A DNA stretch of 63,835 nucleotides, filler included, from Licmophora abbreviata (taxonomy: Eukaryota), in assembly GCA_900291995.1 (NCBI GenBank). It is 31 parts of 31 records of this genome, joined end to end, with 100 filler letters (N's around TTAATTAATTAA, not from the genome) between each part and the next. Parts side by side here need not be neighbours in the genome. Positions count along the whole stretch, not along the records: positions 36,217 to 38,412 come from OLMU01006446.1; positions 38,513 to 40,019 come from OLMU01006447.1; positions 40,120 to 42,306 come from OLMU01006449.1; positions 42,407 to 44,588 come from OLMU01006450.1; positions 44,689 to 46,867 come from OLMU01006451.1; positions 46,968 to 49,134 come from OLMU01006452.1; 25 more parts are not named here. One strand, 5' to 3'. This document shows, one piece after another, positions 36,217 through 48,325 of this stretch. The notes below the pieces were generated by a model. The model searched no databases. It had not been told where the DNA came from and saw only the letters and a program-made list of their open reading frames with translations. Made by a program: the position numbers and the translations under genes. Each line of letters starts with the position of its first letter. Positions within the stretch are counted from its first letter, which is position 1.

Positions 36217-38412
36217 AGAATAACGCGCGACTCCATGCGCCTTTTTTCAGTCCCCTCAAACCAATGGTAGGTCTCTCTTACCATCTCCGACACTACGTTC
36301 CGATTCAACTTACCTAACGTAGTCTTCACGTCGTATCTCACATTACTGTATGCATCACCATGACCGTTGACACCGGAACTACCAATGGTTTGCTTCCAAA
36401 GGCGCCGTCAATGCTTGATATTTTGCTCGTACTAAGCGAGCAGGGGAACCTTCACAACCCTCAAACCCATCCATCTGGGAGGTACAATCAAGCTTAGTCC
36501 ATGATGCTTTGCATAAACTAGATCAAACATATGATCTCACTTCTGTTCACCAAGTAAAACCATGGCACAGATATCAGTCGTATCCTTAGCAGTAGGAACT
36601 TGTCCGGACCAGGACTCGCATTGCTAACGACTCTCACATCGCATGACAACACAGTATCGAATGCGTTTGCATATCCAACGTTCCCTCACGCTGGCTCCAT
36701 ATACCAGCGGTGGTCCTATCATAGGTACCTCCGTCCGCTGCAACTCGTAGCGTTCATCGCTATTCGCTGTGCCCCGCTTCGGTGCGGCAAATCTGGCTTC
36801 GACAGCACCTGTGTCGCTAGCAGCCAGCCGCTTCGAAACAATCGGCTAGTGACATATTCAGGCACGTAGCAAAGCCAGTCCTCGAATGTCATATCACCTC
36901 GAACCCTCCTTGCTTCAGTAGGATCAACGAACCATCTCAGATAAATTTCCTTCGTCCTCAGTGGTAGTGCCTCAGGCAGCCTTGCCTATTCCTGCACCAC
37001 GCCGTCACCTCAGAAAGAATATCTTCCATTCGCATCCCTCGCAAGAGTTTCTCACGGAACGTCAGGTACAGCAGCCCATGCCTTAATTTGCTCTTCCACT
37101 CCAGGCAAGTGTGAAGTGGTGGACAAATTCAAATGTCTCTCTCAAAGTAGCGCCAAACAAGAAGTCAAACAAACCTCTGTGGCGATCTCTACCCGTTCGA
37201 TCGCAACGCATCATCGCAAGATCCCTCCCTGCGACTGCTTGATCGACATCACTTCTCCTGGCGTCATATCCATCTTGGACGACAGCCAGCATCAAAGGAA
37301 ACTGTGGCACGTTACAATAATGTACCACCGTCAATTTCTCTCTCAACAGGAATTCTCTGCAACATGATCAGCCGCTGACTTTTCACTGCTGGATCTCATT
37401 CTCCAAGCAATAATACACCGCCAACATCATCGCTCGATCCTTTGCTTCAAACTCGTTGGCCCCGAGAATAATCCGGGTCACCATAAGCGAGCCTTTCTTC
37501 GTCCTGAAGAACTGGTCAATCTCCCTTAGATCGTGACGGCGTTACCAAAAACATTCCGTCTTCTATACATAGGAGGTCCATCCTCTCATGTTTCATCTCG
37601 GACCGTCACTGCAGGTCTTGGTTAGCCCGACAAAAGGCTCCCATCATCCAAGACGCTCCATGCAGTAGGTCCACACGGTTCTGGGACACAGCGCCAGGTG
37701 ATTTCAATTAATAAGAGTCACTCACTTGGTGCTCCACTCTCACCAGCGCCGGTTCCCAACTCCGGTCCAGAGACACACCAACGAATCTCCGCTACTCAAG
37801 CCGTAAGATTATCGGGTTCCCCTTTTACCGCCGTATCCATAGGCAGACCATCGCACGCGGTCATCGGTGTGAGCACAGTCTCCACCGACTCGCGTGATGC
37901 GACGCTCGCTTGCATACACCTTATCGAAGTGTCTGACATAAAGCAATGCCCACTTTCGACTGTACCGAGCGAGTCTGTCGTCTAGTAAGGTCTTCAGTCT
38001 TGACATCAAGTCAAGAGACTTCCAAATATTGGTATCCTGGCTCTTCCAGAATCTAAAGTCGAAACTCATCTTGCGACGCCATGCCACAGCGTATTGCCGT
38101 TCCCATATCGAGCTGAGCGACCTGGCTCAATCCAATCCCTTGGTGCTCAGACGTCATGCTTCCGGCAACGCTTTTGCTCGTGGTGATATCGCTGCTCGAC
38201 AGCCGACCTTTCCTCATAATGCTTCGTCGCTTCTTCGCATACGGCGCCTACCATGCGAACACAGGTTCATCACGCCTGAAATTCACTTGCGACCGCATAT
38301 TTCGCGACCTCGAACAACCGGGTGTGGCTCACACTGTGTTCTGCGAATTTCTACCACATGGTAGCCTTCCCAGTATACTTACAGGTGTCACCCCTTGATG
38401 GTCGATTCTCAT
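36217..38412 (-). mobile_element. Heavily degenerate CoDi-like copia pol (RT-RNase H) with PPT and start of the 3' LTR
   Basis: Relics EYAVA..DEPVFAW, PGYQ..DVK, SVASRESV, RYELQ..VPMIGP..VYG with many stops and frameshifts; GAGGGGAC at 36257-36250 followed by TG at 36249. Confidence 0.7.
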
Positions 38413-38512
38413 NNNNNNNNNNNNNNNNNNNNNNNNNNNNNNNNNNNNNNNNNNNNTTAATTAATTAANNNNNNNNNNNNNNNNNNNNNNNNNNNNNNNN
38501 NNNNNNNNNNNN

Positions 38513-39191
38513 GTACAACGCCAATCCTCGAGTTGGACACTTGGATGCAGCATACCATTTATTTGGTTACCTCATGAAACACGATCGGTCTAAAGTCGTG
38601 TTGGACGCAGAGATGCCGCAGGTTGATGAGACGGCGTTCCAAGGGAATGTCGACTGGAAAGATTTTTACGGTGATGTGGAAGAAGATTTACCACCCCGGA
38701 TGCCGAAGCCACGCGGTAAGCGCGTGAAGTTATTTTGCTTCGTCGATGCTAATCATGCCGGGAATGTCGTTACACGACGGAGTCATACAGGTTTTATCAT
38801 CTTTCTGAATCGAGCACCGATTCGATGGTATAGCAAGCGACAGAACACAGTCGAATCCAGTACATTCGGCAGTGAATTCGTAGCGTTGAGAGTTGCTATG
38901 GAGGAAATTAAGGCATTACGGTACAAACTAAGGATGTTTGGGGTGCCTATGGAGGATGGACCTTCGGATATCTTTTGCAACAATCAAGGTGTCGTCAAGA
39001 ACTCAAGTATCCCTACGTCCATGTTGAGTTGGAAGCACAACTCGATTAACTATCATGCGGTTCGTGAGGCCGCAGCGGCTGGTATCATTCGTGTTGGGAA
39101 GGAAGACACAAAGACCAATTTGGCAGACATCTTGACGAAGATTATACCCGGTACACAGTTTCGAGAGTTACTCAGACGGATACTGTGCTGA
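38513..39191 (+). mobile_element. CoDi-like copia RNase H end, probably inactive
   Basis: FVDANHAG, ESSTFGSEF, NLADILTK; FCNNQ replaces the usual FCDN catalytic Asp. Confidence 0.9.
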
Positions 39192-39397
39192 CGGAAGAGG
39201 CCGGTTTACGGAAGAGGAGGATAGCCCTGGATCGATGTCATCATGGGACGAGATCGATCCACCTGGACGTCAGAGGGAATGGCGGGGTTTGCCCAACCAG
39301 GTTTTGGAGATTTACATGTAGTACAGTACATGCACATCATTGCTTCGAGTCCATCATACCACAGTCTCAGTCTCAGGTACAATGAACTCGTGGGGAC

Positions 39398-39651
39398 CGA
39401 GCAAAGTTGGATGTGATGGTCGCGAAGGAGCGGTTGCTGACGTCAGGTGCGACGTTTTTAGCTCTAGGTACTCGTAACCTCACAATTTTAGATTCACCTT
39501 TGTGAACACCACCTTTCAATCTCCTTGTGGTCTATCGGCACATTGACAACCCCAAGGTAAGCGGGAAATGCTGAGACGACAAGCTTTTCACGAGACTGGA
39601 CGTTCGTCGTTAGAGTGGGACACGCGCGCTCCTTGTGAGACGTTTATCTCA
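39398..39651 (+). repeat. Putative 3' LTR
   Basis: Follows PPT-like GTGGGGAC; termini CGAG...CTCA; boundaries inferred from a single copy. Confidence 0.4.
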
Positions 39652-39786
39652 CTACAACCTCGTACCGGTACCTTTATTTAGCCTGCCATCGGTACTCATC
39701 ACTCTCTCAACATTGTCTCATCATTGGTATTGTTTTGGCTCTCCTTCCCGTCGTTCCCCCTTGTTCCATTCTATTTTACGAGAAGC

Positions 39787-40019
39787 ATGCCCTCCTAAGA
39801 ACTTTCACCGACTGAGGTCTTGCAGAAGGGCTTGGCATATATCGATATCAGTCGGAGCGAACAGGCCAATATTCCGTTGCATGAAAAGATGGACGACTTC
39901 ACGGCGCATTTCGGCTCCCAGCCTCTAGTGATTGCACAGATATGGACTGATCTATGTCATTGTACTATCCCAGAAGCGCGTCTTTCACTGAAGGATAGGT
40001 CTGAAACAGGATTCAAAAG
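39787..40019 (+). pseudogene. N-terminus of a possible PIF/Harbinger-like DDE transposase
   Basis: MPS*ELSPTEVLQKGL...F.AHFGSQPLVIAQIWTDL; in-frame TAA; catalytic domain not in the contig. Confidence 0.35.
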
Positions 40020-40275
40020 NNNNNNNNNNNNNNNNNNNNNNNNNNNNNNNNNNNNNNNNNNNNTTAATTAATTAANNNNNNNNNNNNNNNNNNNNNNNNN
40101 NNNNNNNNNNNNNNNNNNNAAGCGTCTTCGGGGATGGTTGGACTCGTGATGTATCTTAACGAGAACGCTCAGCTTGATTATATGGTGGGTATAAGGCCGC
40201 AACGGATTTCGTTAATGTCTTATATGTACAATCACGATACGACACCTGTACACGACACGTCGGGGAATCAGTCAA

Positions 40276-40560
40276 CTAGCGTCTGTGTTTGAGATTCTTT
40301 CGTTTCTTTTGCAATTCATTCTCCGTCAGTCCAAGTGGCCCTGCCGCCGCTTTCTTCTTTTGATCTCGCTTTATGGTCTGCTGCTTCTTCTTTCTCCTCT
40401 GCTCGGGATCTTCAACATGCCTCAGATTTTTCTTTTGATTCTTGCAGTCTTGAATGTGTCGATGCAAACCAGGATCTCGAAAGTTGTTGTTTTTGCGTTG
40501 AGCATATTTATCTGCCTCGGCTCGATGTGTATTCTGGGGCTTGCTACTCGTGCATCCCAT
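40276..40560 (-). CDS. Small acylated protein with WH2-like motifs
   Basis: MGCTSSK N-terminus; LHRHIQ...NLRHVE and ELQKKRKNLKH. Confidence 0.6.
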   Translation of the reverse strand: MGCTSSKPQNTHRAEADKYAQRKNNNFRDPGLHRHIQDCKNQKKNLRHVEDPEQRRKKKQQTIKRDQKKKAAAGPLGLTENELQKKRKNLKHRR

Positions 40561-41185
40561 ACTCTCTCGTGATGTGGGGATTAAACGGCCTTGATAGCAG
40601 CGCCTCGAGTCCTCACTGTCTCATCGTCGGCGTCGTCCGGTCGTCAAAGTTTGAAGTTTGGAATGCATCTTTCAGTCGTGCCTTTAATGACGTTGCAGTC
40701 GTGCTTACGGAAACGTGAACTATCATAGTCACAACAGGACCTCTTGATCTCTCTCGTGAAAGGCTTTTGAAAACACGCGGAGGCGCGCGTCGCGGTTTGG
40801 CAGGATTCAATTCATCACTTCTTGACCTCTGGTATCCCCCTTTTCTCTCCTGTGTATCATGCAAAACGACGACGATGTTACCAACGAACAAGAAGACGAA
40901 CGGGGCCTACCGGAGGTCGAGAGTGTACTGATGACTGCAGCTGCTGAAGAGGCTGCAGCGTCATTTCGGTGAGTTTTCGAAGGCATTTATTTCTTCGCGT
41001 AGACTAACGGCGTCGAAAAAAAAGTCTCGTCATAAACTCGGTATTGATGACGCTGTGCCGTTTCAGACATGCATCCCAAACACGTCTCGCTCACAAGAGT
41101 TCACAACACGTCTGTGCACTCACAACTGCTCATTCATCACGCCACCACGAACATTATCACTTTACATTCTAATTTTTTTGTTTCA

Positions 41186-42306
41186 ATGCCCCTCTACAAC
41201 AATGATCATCATGCTACCTACAGGTCGACTCCGATGCTCGAGTCGGTCGATCTTTTGCGGTCGTTTCGGGGGAGTGCAACTTTCCAAAGCAAGGGCCCGG
41301 TTTCTACAGCTACTTCTTATGCTCCCCCGATTGGACCCGGTTGGGCGCCACCTCCTCTTTCCAGTTCGCGATTTCAGGCTCCAACTCCCTTGAGGCAGTC
41401 GTCGTCAGGTGCTTCCCAGGTTGCGGCTCTTCAAGAGCGGCGGGACACGGCCCGTCCCATCTTTGTCCGGCGCATCCAGACAGATGATGATACGCCATTC
41501 TGTGGATGGGATCTTCCGGCCGTCGTTCAACAGCTTCCGAAGCACTGCCCCCTGCGCAAGCATCACAAAATTCTTTCCATTGCCAGTGATGCTGACTTGA
41601 AGGACATCCTGACCAATCTTTCGGAGGTATTTCGATACCTGAGTCTGCAAGTCAAGTACTTTAATCGGCCTGTGAGTTCTAGTAGGCACCAGGGTGATTT
41701 TTGTAATGCAATTATGAGTCATGCAAAGCCTCTGAACTCACCGAGTGTTGTTGATTGTCACTGTGATACACATACTCTTATTGGGAATCGACAGGCCGTG
41801 TCCGCTATTGTGAATTCCATGGAAGGCGTCGAGGCTAATGTAACCTTTATGAGAATATCAGACGACGCTAGCGATGGTCAGCAACAAGTCGTCGTCGAAG
41901 TACATCGTTGTTGCGGTGACTCGGCCATATTTGCCACGTATGCGTCCAATATACTCAGAGCCGCGGTAGGAGAGATGGATGTCGAGACTCTTGTACATGG
42001 CGGCGACGATGATACGGACTTTCTGTTGCTCAGCGACAGCGTTGGTGACAAGCACTATGCCATACAAAAGGAAGCGACTCTTCTTTTGGAACGCGCACAG
42101 AAAAGACAGCGACTCGGTATCCACGACATGACTCTGGCCATTCCGGGTCCACGCAAGTCGCTCGAGTCGATTCATGCACTGATCCAGTCGACGTCTACGT
42201 CATCGTATCGTGGAATTCATGCTCGTCATATGGCCATGGGACGTCTGAGTAGCTTGCTTGACCCGCGCAAGTCAAAGGCAGATATGTGCCGCCTCACCAG
42301 CCGTGT
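41186..42306 (+). CDS. Hypothetical protein with a possible KA1-like domain (3' truncated)
   Basis: Long ORF; likely in-frame intron 41672-41794; VVEVHRCCGDSAIF. Confidence 0.5.
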
Positions 42307-42486
42307 NNNNNNNNNNNNNNNNNNNNNNNNNNNNNNNNNNNNNNNNNNNNTTAATTAATTAANNNNNNNNNNNNNNNNNNNNNNNNNNNNNNNNNNNNNN
42401 NNNNNNTAAGAGTAAGTTGACTTTTTTATCTTAAAAATGATACATTGTTTTACAGTAATTAATTACAATTTTAAAATCCATATTTT

Positions 42487-43353
42487 ATGAACACAACCGT
42501 AAATTTACAGGAAGAGTACGCTAAAACAGAAATTGCTAAAATTTTAAATTTATTAGATGAAGAGCTTGTAGGTCTAGCACCGGTTAAAGCTAGGATTCGA
42601 GAAATTGCAGCATTACTATTAATTGATAAATTAAGAAGAAGCTTAGGTATTACTGCTGGTAATCCGGGTCTACATATGTCATTTACTGGGAGTCCTGGAA
42701 CAGGTAAAACAACTGTTGGCTTAAAAATGGCAGATATTTTGTACCAATTAGGGTATATTAAAAAAGGTCACTTATTAACAGTTACCCGTGATGATTTAGT
42801 TGGGCAATATATTGGTCATACAGCACCTAAAACCAAAGAAGTTTTGAAAAAAGCAATGGGTGGTGTGTTATTTATTGATGAAGCGTACTATTTATATAAA
42901 CCTGATAATGAGCGTGATTATGGCTCAGAGGCAATTGAAATTTTGTTACAAGTAATGGAAAACCAACGAGAAGATTTAGTTGTTATTTTAGCTGGTTATA
43001 AAGAACCAATGGATAAGTTTTATCAATCGAATCCAGGTTTATCATCACGAATTGCAAACCATATAGACTTCCCAGATTATACAACTGACGAATTACTAAC
43101 GATTGCTAAAATGATGTTAGAAGAACAGCAATATCAATTGACGCCTGATGCTGAAGTTGCTTTAACTCAATATATTATAAAACGAAAAGAAAAACCATTA
43201 TTTGCAAATGCTCGAAGTGTTAAAAATGCTCTAGATCGTGCACGAATGCGTCAGGCTAACCGAATCTTTGATAGTCGTGGTCAAGTATTAACAAAAAAAG
43301 AATTAGTAAACATTGAAGCTAGTGATATTTTACAAAGTACAATCTTTGATTAA
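42487..43353 (+). CDS. cbbX: Plastid red-type Rubisco activase CbbX
   Basis: [41 protein letters not shown]. Confidence 0.97.
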   Translation: MNTTVNLQEEYAKTEIAKILNLLDEELVGLAPVKARIREIAALLLIDKLRRSLGITAGNPGLHMSFTGSPGTGKTTVGLKMADILYQLGYIKKGHLLTVTRDDLVGQYIGHTAPKTKEVLKKAMGGVLFIDEAYYLYKPDNERDYGSEAIEILLQVMENQREDLVVILAGYKEPMDKFYQSNPGLSSRIANHIDFPDYTTDELLTIAKMMLEEQQYQLTPDAEVALTQYIIKRKEKPLFANARSVKNALDRARMRQANRIFDSRGQVLTKKELVNIEASDILQSTIFD

Positions 43354-43376
43354 AAAAAATTTGATATAGAATAAAT

Positions 43377-44336
43377 ATGAGTCTACTTATTATTGGTGGG
43401 ACAGGAACATTAGGTCGCCAAGTTGTTCTTCAAGCTTTGACAAAAGGCTACCAAGTTAGATGTTTAGTTCGTAACTTTCGAAAAGCTAATTTCTTAAAAG
43501 AATGGGGTGTAGAATTAGTTTACGGTGATTTAAGTCGACCCGAAACAATCCCTCCTTGTCTAACAGGAATTAGCGCTATTATTGATGCATCTACAAGTCG
43601 CCCAACGGAATTAGATTCACTAAAAAAAGTGGATTGGGATGGTAAGTTACGTTTAATTGAGGCAGCAAAAGCTGCGAATATTAAACGTTTTATCTTTTTT
43701 TCTGCTCAAAATGTAGAACAATTTGAGAATATCCCATTAATGAAGTTAAAATATGGAATTGAGAATAAATTAAAAAATTCAGAAATTCCATATACAATTT
43801 TTAGATTAACTGGATTCTATCAGGGTTTGATTGAACAATATGCTATACCGATTTTGGAAAATTTACCTATTTGGGTTACAAATGAAAATACTTCGGTCTC
43901 TTATATGGATACACAAGATATTGCAAAATTTTGTCTTCGGTCTCTTCAACTTCCACAAACAAGTAATCAAACTTTTTTCTTAAGTGGTTCAAAAGGTTGG
44001 GTGTCTTCAGAGATTATTAGTTTATGTGAACAACTTGCTGGGCAGTCAGCAAAGGTTCAAAAAGTTCCATCATTTGTTTTAAAAGTTGTGAGTCGATTTT
44101 TTGGATTTTTTGAATGGGGACAAAATATTAGTGATAGATTAGCTTTTGTTGAAATTTTAAATGTTGAAAATAATTTTACAAAATCAACGTTCGAACTTTA
44201 TAAAATGTTTAAGATTGATCCTTCAGAAATTATTCAATTAGATGACTATTTTTTAGAATATTTTATTCGTTTATTAAAACGTTTACGTGATATCAACTTT
44301 GAAGATGTCCAAAAACAGAAAAATTTAATTATCTAA
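43377..44336 (+). CDS. ycf39: Plastid Ycf39 (atypical SDR)
   Basis: GGTGTLGRQ Rossmann motif; QYAIPILE..PIW. Confidence 0.93.
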   Translation: MSLLIIGGTGTLGRQVVLQALTKGYQVRCLVRNFRKANFLKEWGVELVYGDLSRPETIPPCLTGISAIIDASTSRPTELDSLKKVDWDGKLRLIEAAKAANIKRFIFFSAQNVEQFENIPLMKLKYGIENKLKNSEIPYTIFRLTGFYQGLIEQYAIPILENLPIWVTNENTSVSYMDTQDIAKFCLRSLQLPQTSNQTFFLSGSKGWVSSEIISLCEQLAGQSAKVQKVPSFVLKVVSRFFGFFEWGQNISDRLAFVEILNVENNFTKSTFELYKMFKIDPSEIIQLDDYFLEYFIRLLKRLRDINFEDVQKQKNLII

Positions 44337-44357
44337 ACACAGAAGGATAGTATCATC

Positions 44358-44588
44358 ATGAATTACGTGGGTTGTATCGCTCGAATCTTAGAAACTCCAC
44401 GATTAGATTTTATAAATAATAACATTAGTCGAACAGAAATTAGAGCCCAATTCCCACAAGTTCGAAATGAACAATCTCTTACAATTATTAAATTAGTTTT
44501 TTGGGGTGACTTCGCTCATGATATAGTGAATTATTATCGAATTGATGATTATATTTTAATTGAAGGTTATTTATCATTTCGAAATAAT
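44358..44588 (+). CDS. ycf41: Plastid Ycf41 (SSB-like), 3' truncated
   Basis: MN...ARILETP...VFWG...DYILIEGYL, directly after ycf39. Confidence 0.8.
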
Positions 44589-44688
44589 NNNNNNNNNNNN
44601 NNNNNNNNNNNNNNNNNNNNNNNNNNNNNNNNTTAATTAATTAANNNNNNNNNNNNNNNNNNNNNNNNNNNNNNNNNNNNNNNNNNNN

Positions 44689-44909
44689 ATGGCATGAATG
44701 GCCGTCGAGACGAAATTGTCATTCTGCATAATCACTTGTGCATCGAGTGTTGTCTGCAGTCCATGCTGTTTCTCTCCACTTCGAAAGCGAAACCAGGGGA
44801 GTCCGTTGACGCGAAACTGATATAAGGGAACCCGAGGCTGCAAAACATGAAACAGAGTCGCGGCCGGTACGAGGACCAGCGCACCAATCCAAACTGCAGC
44901 AATAGGCAT
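44689..44909 (-). CDS. LEA_2-like membrane-anchored protein, N-terminal fragment
   Basis: N-terminal TM, PRVP.Y, and V.MQNDNFV pattern. Confidence 0.45.
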
Positions 44910-45379
44910 GATCGCAGTGATGCTGGTTTAACAACAGGAGAGTATTCAAACAATCGAGAGGTGCTCTTGCGTTCGCCTCTGATTCTGCCACGAGGAAGCA
45001 GTCGTGAACATGATTGTCAATGTTAGTGACTTTCTCACTCTTTCTGTTGTTGTCGATGATCTGTCGTGCGTGGCGCGCCATCAGCATCGCGAGAGAGAGA
45101 GCCCGCCGCTTCGATTATTGGCGCGCGCTTTTTTCTTGGATCTCGTCTGACGCAGTACAGACAAAGTGCGTCAGCGTCAGGTGAAGTAAGTGTGCGTGCG
45201 TCCGTCAACACGATATTTCCATCTCTCTTTTTGAAACACGACGCACAATGGTGTTGTAGCCGCCGGCGACGTCTATTCATTCCGTTGCCTGGCTTCGCTG
45301 GACCCAGTGCGGTGATCCCAGCAATGCTCCAAGGGAGATCGGAGAAAGCTTGTTCTACTTCTGTTGCTTTGTTTTGACC

Positions 45380-45847
45380 ATGAGCTCAACTCCAGCAGAC
45401 TACGGTTCCGTCGAACAGCAACCGGTCAACACGGGGGATCAGTCCTACGATATAGACAACACGTACTATGTCAAAGAGCGTCCTCTGTCTTGCAAGGAGC
45501 GAACCCGGAAGCTTGTATTGGTTGCACTGCCTATTCTGGCTGCCGTTATGATTATGGGAGGGTTCGCCTTCTTTCTCTTTCACGATTTCGGAACTCTCTA
45601 CCCGCATCATTCAGGAGGTGGAAGTAACGACCCGTCTTCTGTGAGTCAGACTCCTCGAAACTACTATTCTGGAGACAGAACTTCTGCGCCGAAAGGATCA
45701 AACGAATCAGTGCCCGTTACTGAACCGAAAGGGTCTGATACGAAAACGACTTCGTCGTGCTCAGCTAATATCAAATGCCAGAAGCTTGGACTGACCGGAG
45801 AGTGTTGCCCAACGGCGCAAGGAGTGAAACTTGGATGCTGCGGTTAA
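45380..45847 (+). CDS. Small single-pass membrane protein with a C-terminal six-Cys module
   Basis: TM helix, S/T/P linker, CSANIKC..LGLTGECCPTAQGVKLGCC. Confidence 0.7.
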   Translation: MSSTPADYGSVEQQPVNTGDQSYDIDNTYYVKERPLSCKERTRKLVLVALPILAAVMIMGGFAFFLFHDFGTLYPHHSGGGSNDPSSVSQTPRNYYSGDRTSAPKGSNESVPVTEPKGSDTKTTSSCSANIKCQKLGLTGECCPTAQGVKLGCCG

Positions 45848-46081
45848 GTACGATCTTCACGGTGTGCGTAGTGTGGACCTGTCTTGAATGGCGTGCCTTC
45901 CGCTGCCTGCACGTTTATGGAGCTAACTGCCCCAGCAGCCTGTCGCAAGCCTCGATCAGTGTTTGGGCGGTCTGATGGTCCCAGACCCCACATCGTTATG
46001 ACGCTCTCTCTCTAATCAAACTATATTTCTTTCTCTATGTGACGCTATTTCAAAATACACTCTAGAGAGAGCGACAAAGCC

Positions 46082-46867
46082 TCACTTTCTCGCCACACTG
46101 TCGTCGATCTCGGGAAGCGCGCTGCGAAGAGGTTCCAGTTGCCCAAGCGGACTCAAACCACTGCTGCCTTCCGTTTCTTCGTTCATGTCGGGAAGCTTCG
46201 GAGGCAACACTCCAGTTGAAGGAGCATGCAATGACTCCGTCTTCTCGCCCACTTCAACCCTGCGCTCCGCTTCTTGTTGGTGCTTCTCGACCCCGTCCGT
46301 TTGGTGTTCCGCCGACTGCGGTACACCTTGAAGTTGACTCTCATCGTACCAGCCACTGCCAGCGGACTCGGCTCCCCTGCCAAGGCCTTCGCCGCCCTCA
46401 CCATGAAAGCTGCCACCACCGACCCACTCGCCGCCGCCACCATAGCCTCCTTGATGGGCATGGTGTTGATGCTGGTGGTCGTGCGCACGAATCTGCTTGT
46501 GTTGCACCTTCAAACGCTTGTTGCCGATCTGTAGAGAGCCATCCGACAGTACGTGAGCAGTCGAATCGATAGTGCAAAGAATCTACCAAAAAGACAAGCG
46601 AAATTTACGTACCGCGTATCCATTCAGCTCCTTGATGGCCACAGCGGCTGATTCAGGATTATCGTACGAGACAAACCCGAAGCCACGACTGCGTCCTGTG
46701 TCTCTTTCGATCATTATTCGAACACTCAGGAGATTACCATACGAGCAGAACAGGTTGTACATATCGAGATTGGTAAAGTTGTTGGGAATGTGAAAGATGA
46801 ACAGATTCGCACCATCCGGACCTTTGTTGGTTCCGGCTGTTTGAATTGGTGGACCGGGCGATGCCGG
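46082..46867 (-). CDS. CELF/Bruno-like RNA-binding protein, last RRM and C-terminus (5' truncated)
   Basis: Manual translation GPDGANLFIFHIP...SRGFGFVSYDNPESA...LNGYA|IGNKRLKVQHK across intron 46529-46612; the RRM exon is absent from the ORF track. Confidence 0.88.
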
Positions 46868-46967
46868 NNNNNNNNNNNNNNNNNNNNNNNNNNNNNNNNN
46901 NNNNNNNNNNNTTAATTAATTAANNNNNNNNNNNNNNNNNNNNNNNNNNNNNNNNNNNNNNNNNNNN

Positions 46968-47843
46968 GATTGTCGTACGCCAGTCCTTTTCGGTCATCTT
47001 CGACCAAAGCTTGCGGAGTACGGCATCGTAGATATCATAGCGACTACTGATTTGATACGTCACCCCGACAAGACGCTCCGCATGCTTTCCCTTGACGGGA
47101 GAGTCATCGGGCCGGGTGGCTTTGAGCATCACCTGCTCGAGTTCCGAGCTAGTCAACCCTCTGACTTCACGGTAAAGTGTGGAAGAAACCTTCGATGATG
47201 TTTGTCTCGCAGCGCTCAATGTCGAAGTGGCAGCGTCCCGAATCGAGGAGGGGTCGGGTAGATTGTCCCGAAGAGCTGAGATACCACGAGTGAAGGCGCC
47301 AGGTGTCTGCTGGCCGTAGGGGACAACGGATCGTCGGCCCGGGGGCGGACGTCGACCTCTTCGAGGAGGAGGTCCTCGTCGAGAGGTTGGGCCAGAATTT
47401 CGACGCGGTCGATTATAGTTGTAATCGTCGTCATAGGAGGGTCGGCGACCACTCGGCTGCTGCCTCTTTTTATTCTTGGTACTGCTGCGCTCAGGCTTTC
47501 GAGGGGGTGGACCCCGACTGCCGCTACTTCGGCGACTTTTCATAGGCCTAAGAACTTCATCATCTTTCTCGTTCTCTTCCTCCTCTTCATAGCCCTCCTC
47601 GCCAGGGAAGTCAAACTCCTCTTCGTCGTCCTCCTCTTCCTCCTCCTCGTCGTAATCATACACGCGACGACGAGACACTGGCGGAGCCCGCCCGGAACCG
47701 CTTTTACGACTACTAGCACGAGATGCCGCAGCAGCTCTGGAACGACTGCCACTGGACTTTTTGGCTTCCACCGAAACGATACAGTCAGATGTGACGGTCA
47801 AGGTAGCAAGCAGGATTGCGACAGCGGATGGTAAGATTCTCAT
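46968..47843 (-). CDS. ANTH/ENTH-domain protein with an N-terminal signal peptide (3' truncated)
   Basis: MLKATRPDDSPVKGKH...DWRTTI; hydrophobic leader ending VEA. Confidence 0.75.
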
Positions 47844-48325
47844 TTTCCAGTTCGAGTTCTGTCTGTGTCAACGTAGTCTAGTACCGATTTCTCTCAACTC
47901 AGATGATTCCAATGAACTCAGCAGCTACTGAAGAGACCACAAGAGACCTGATCACAACAAAACTATCGATTGCCACCGAATAGATCCCATGCGCTGACTG
48001 AGCATCAGAAGTCAAAACTGATGTGTGTGGTTGATGGCTGATGATGCGATTGCGCGTCATGAAATGAAGCATACCGGGGCGCACGTAGCCCAGAGAGCTC
48101 CACGCGTCAGTTAAAGAATGGAATCAGGAATGTATGGGAGAGACAATTGTCCTTCCAAGAAACCCGTGCCGAAACTGAAACCAACCGCCGAAAGAGAGGC
48201 TGAATCATTCACACATCACTCACACCCATGCTCCTGAGAACGTCGGCGTCTCTCTCTCTCACGTACTCGAGACCTTTTCCTCGTGCGCCTTGACTTTCGA
48301 GAGTGTGCTGTTTACTAAACTAGCG

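Noticed and set aside
42487..44588. Bacterial contamination or a transferred cbbX cluster
   Set aside because: The ycf39-ycf41 linkage and AT richness fit a red-lineage plastid genome.
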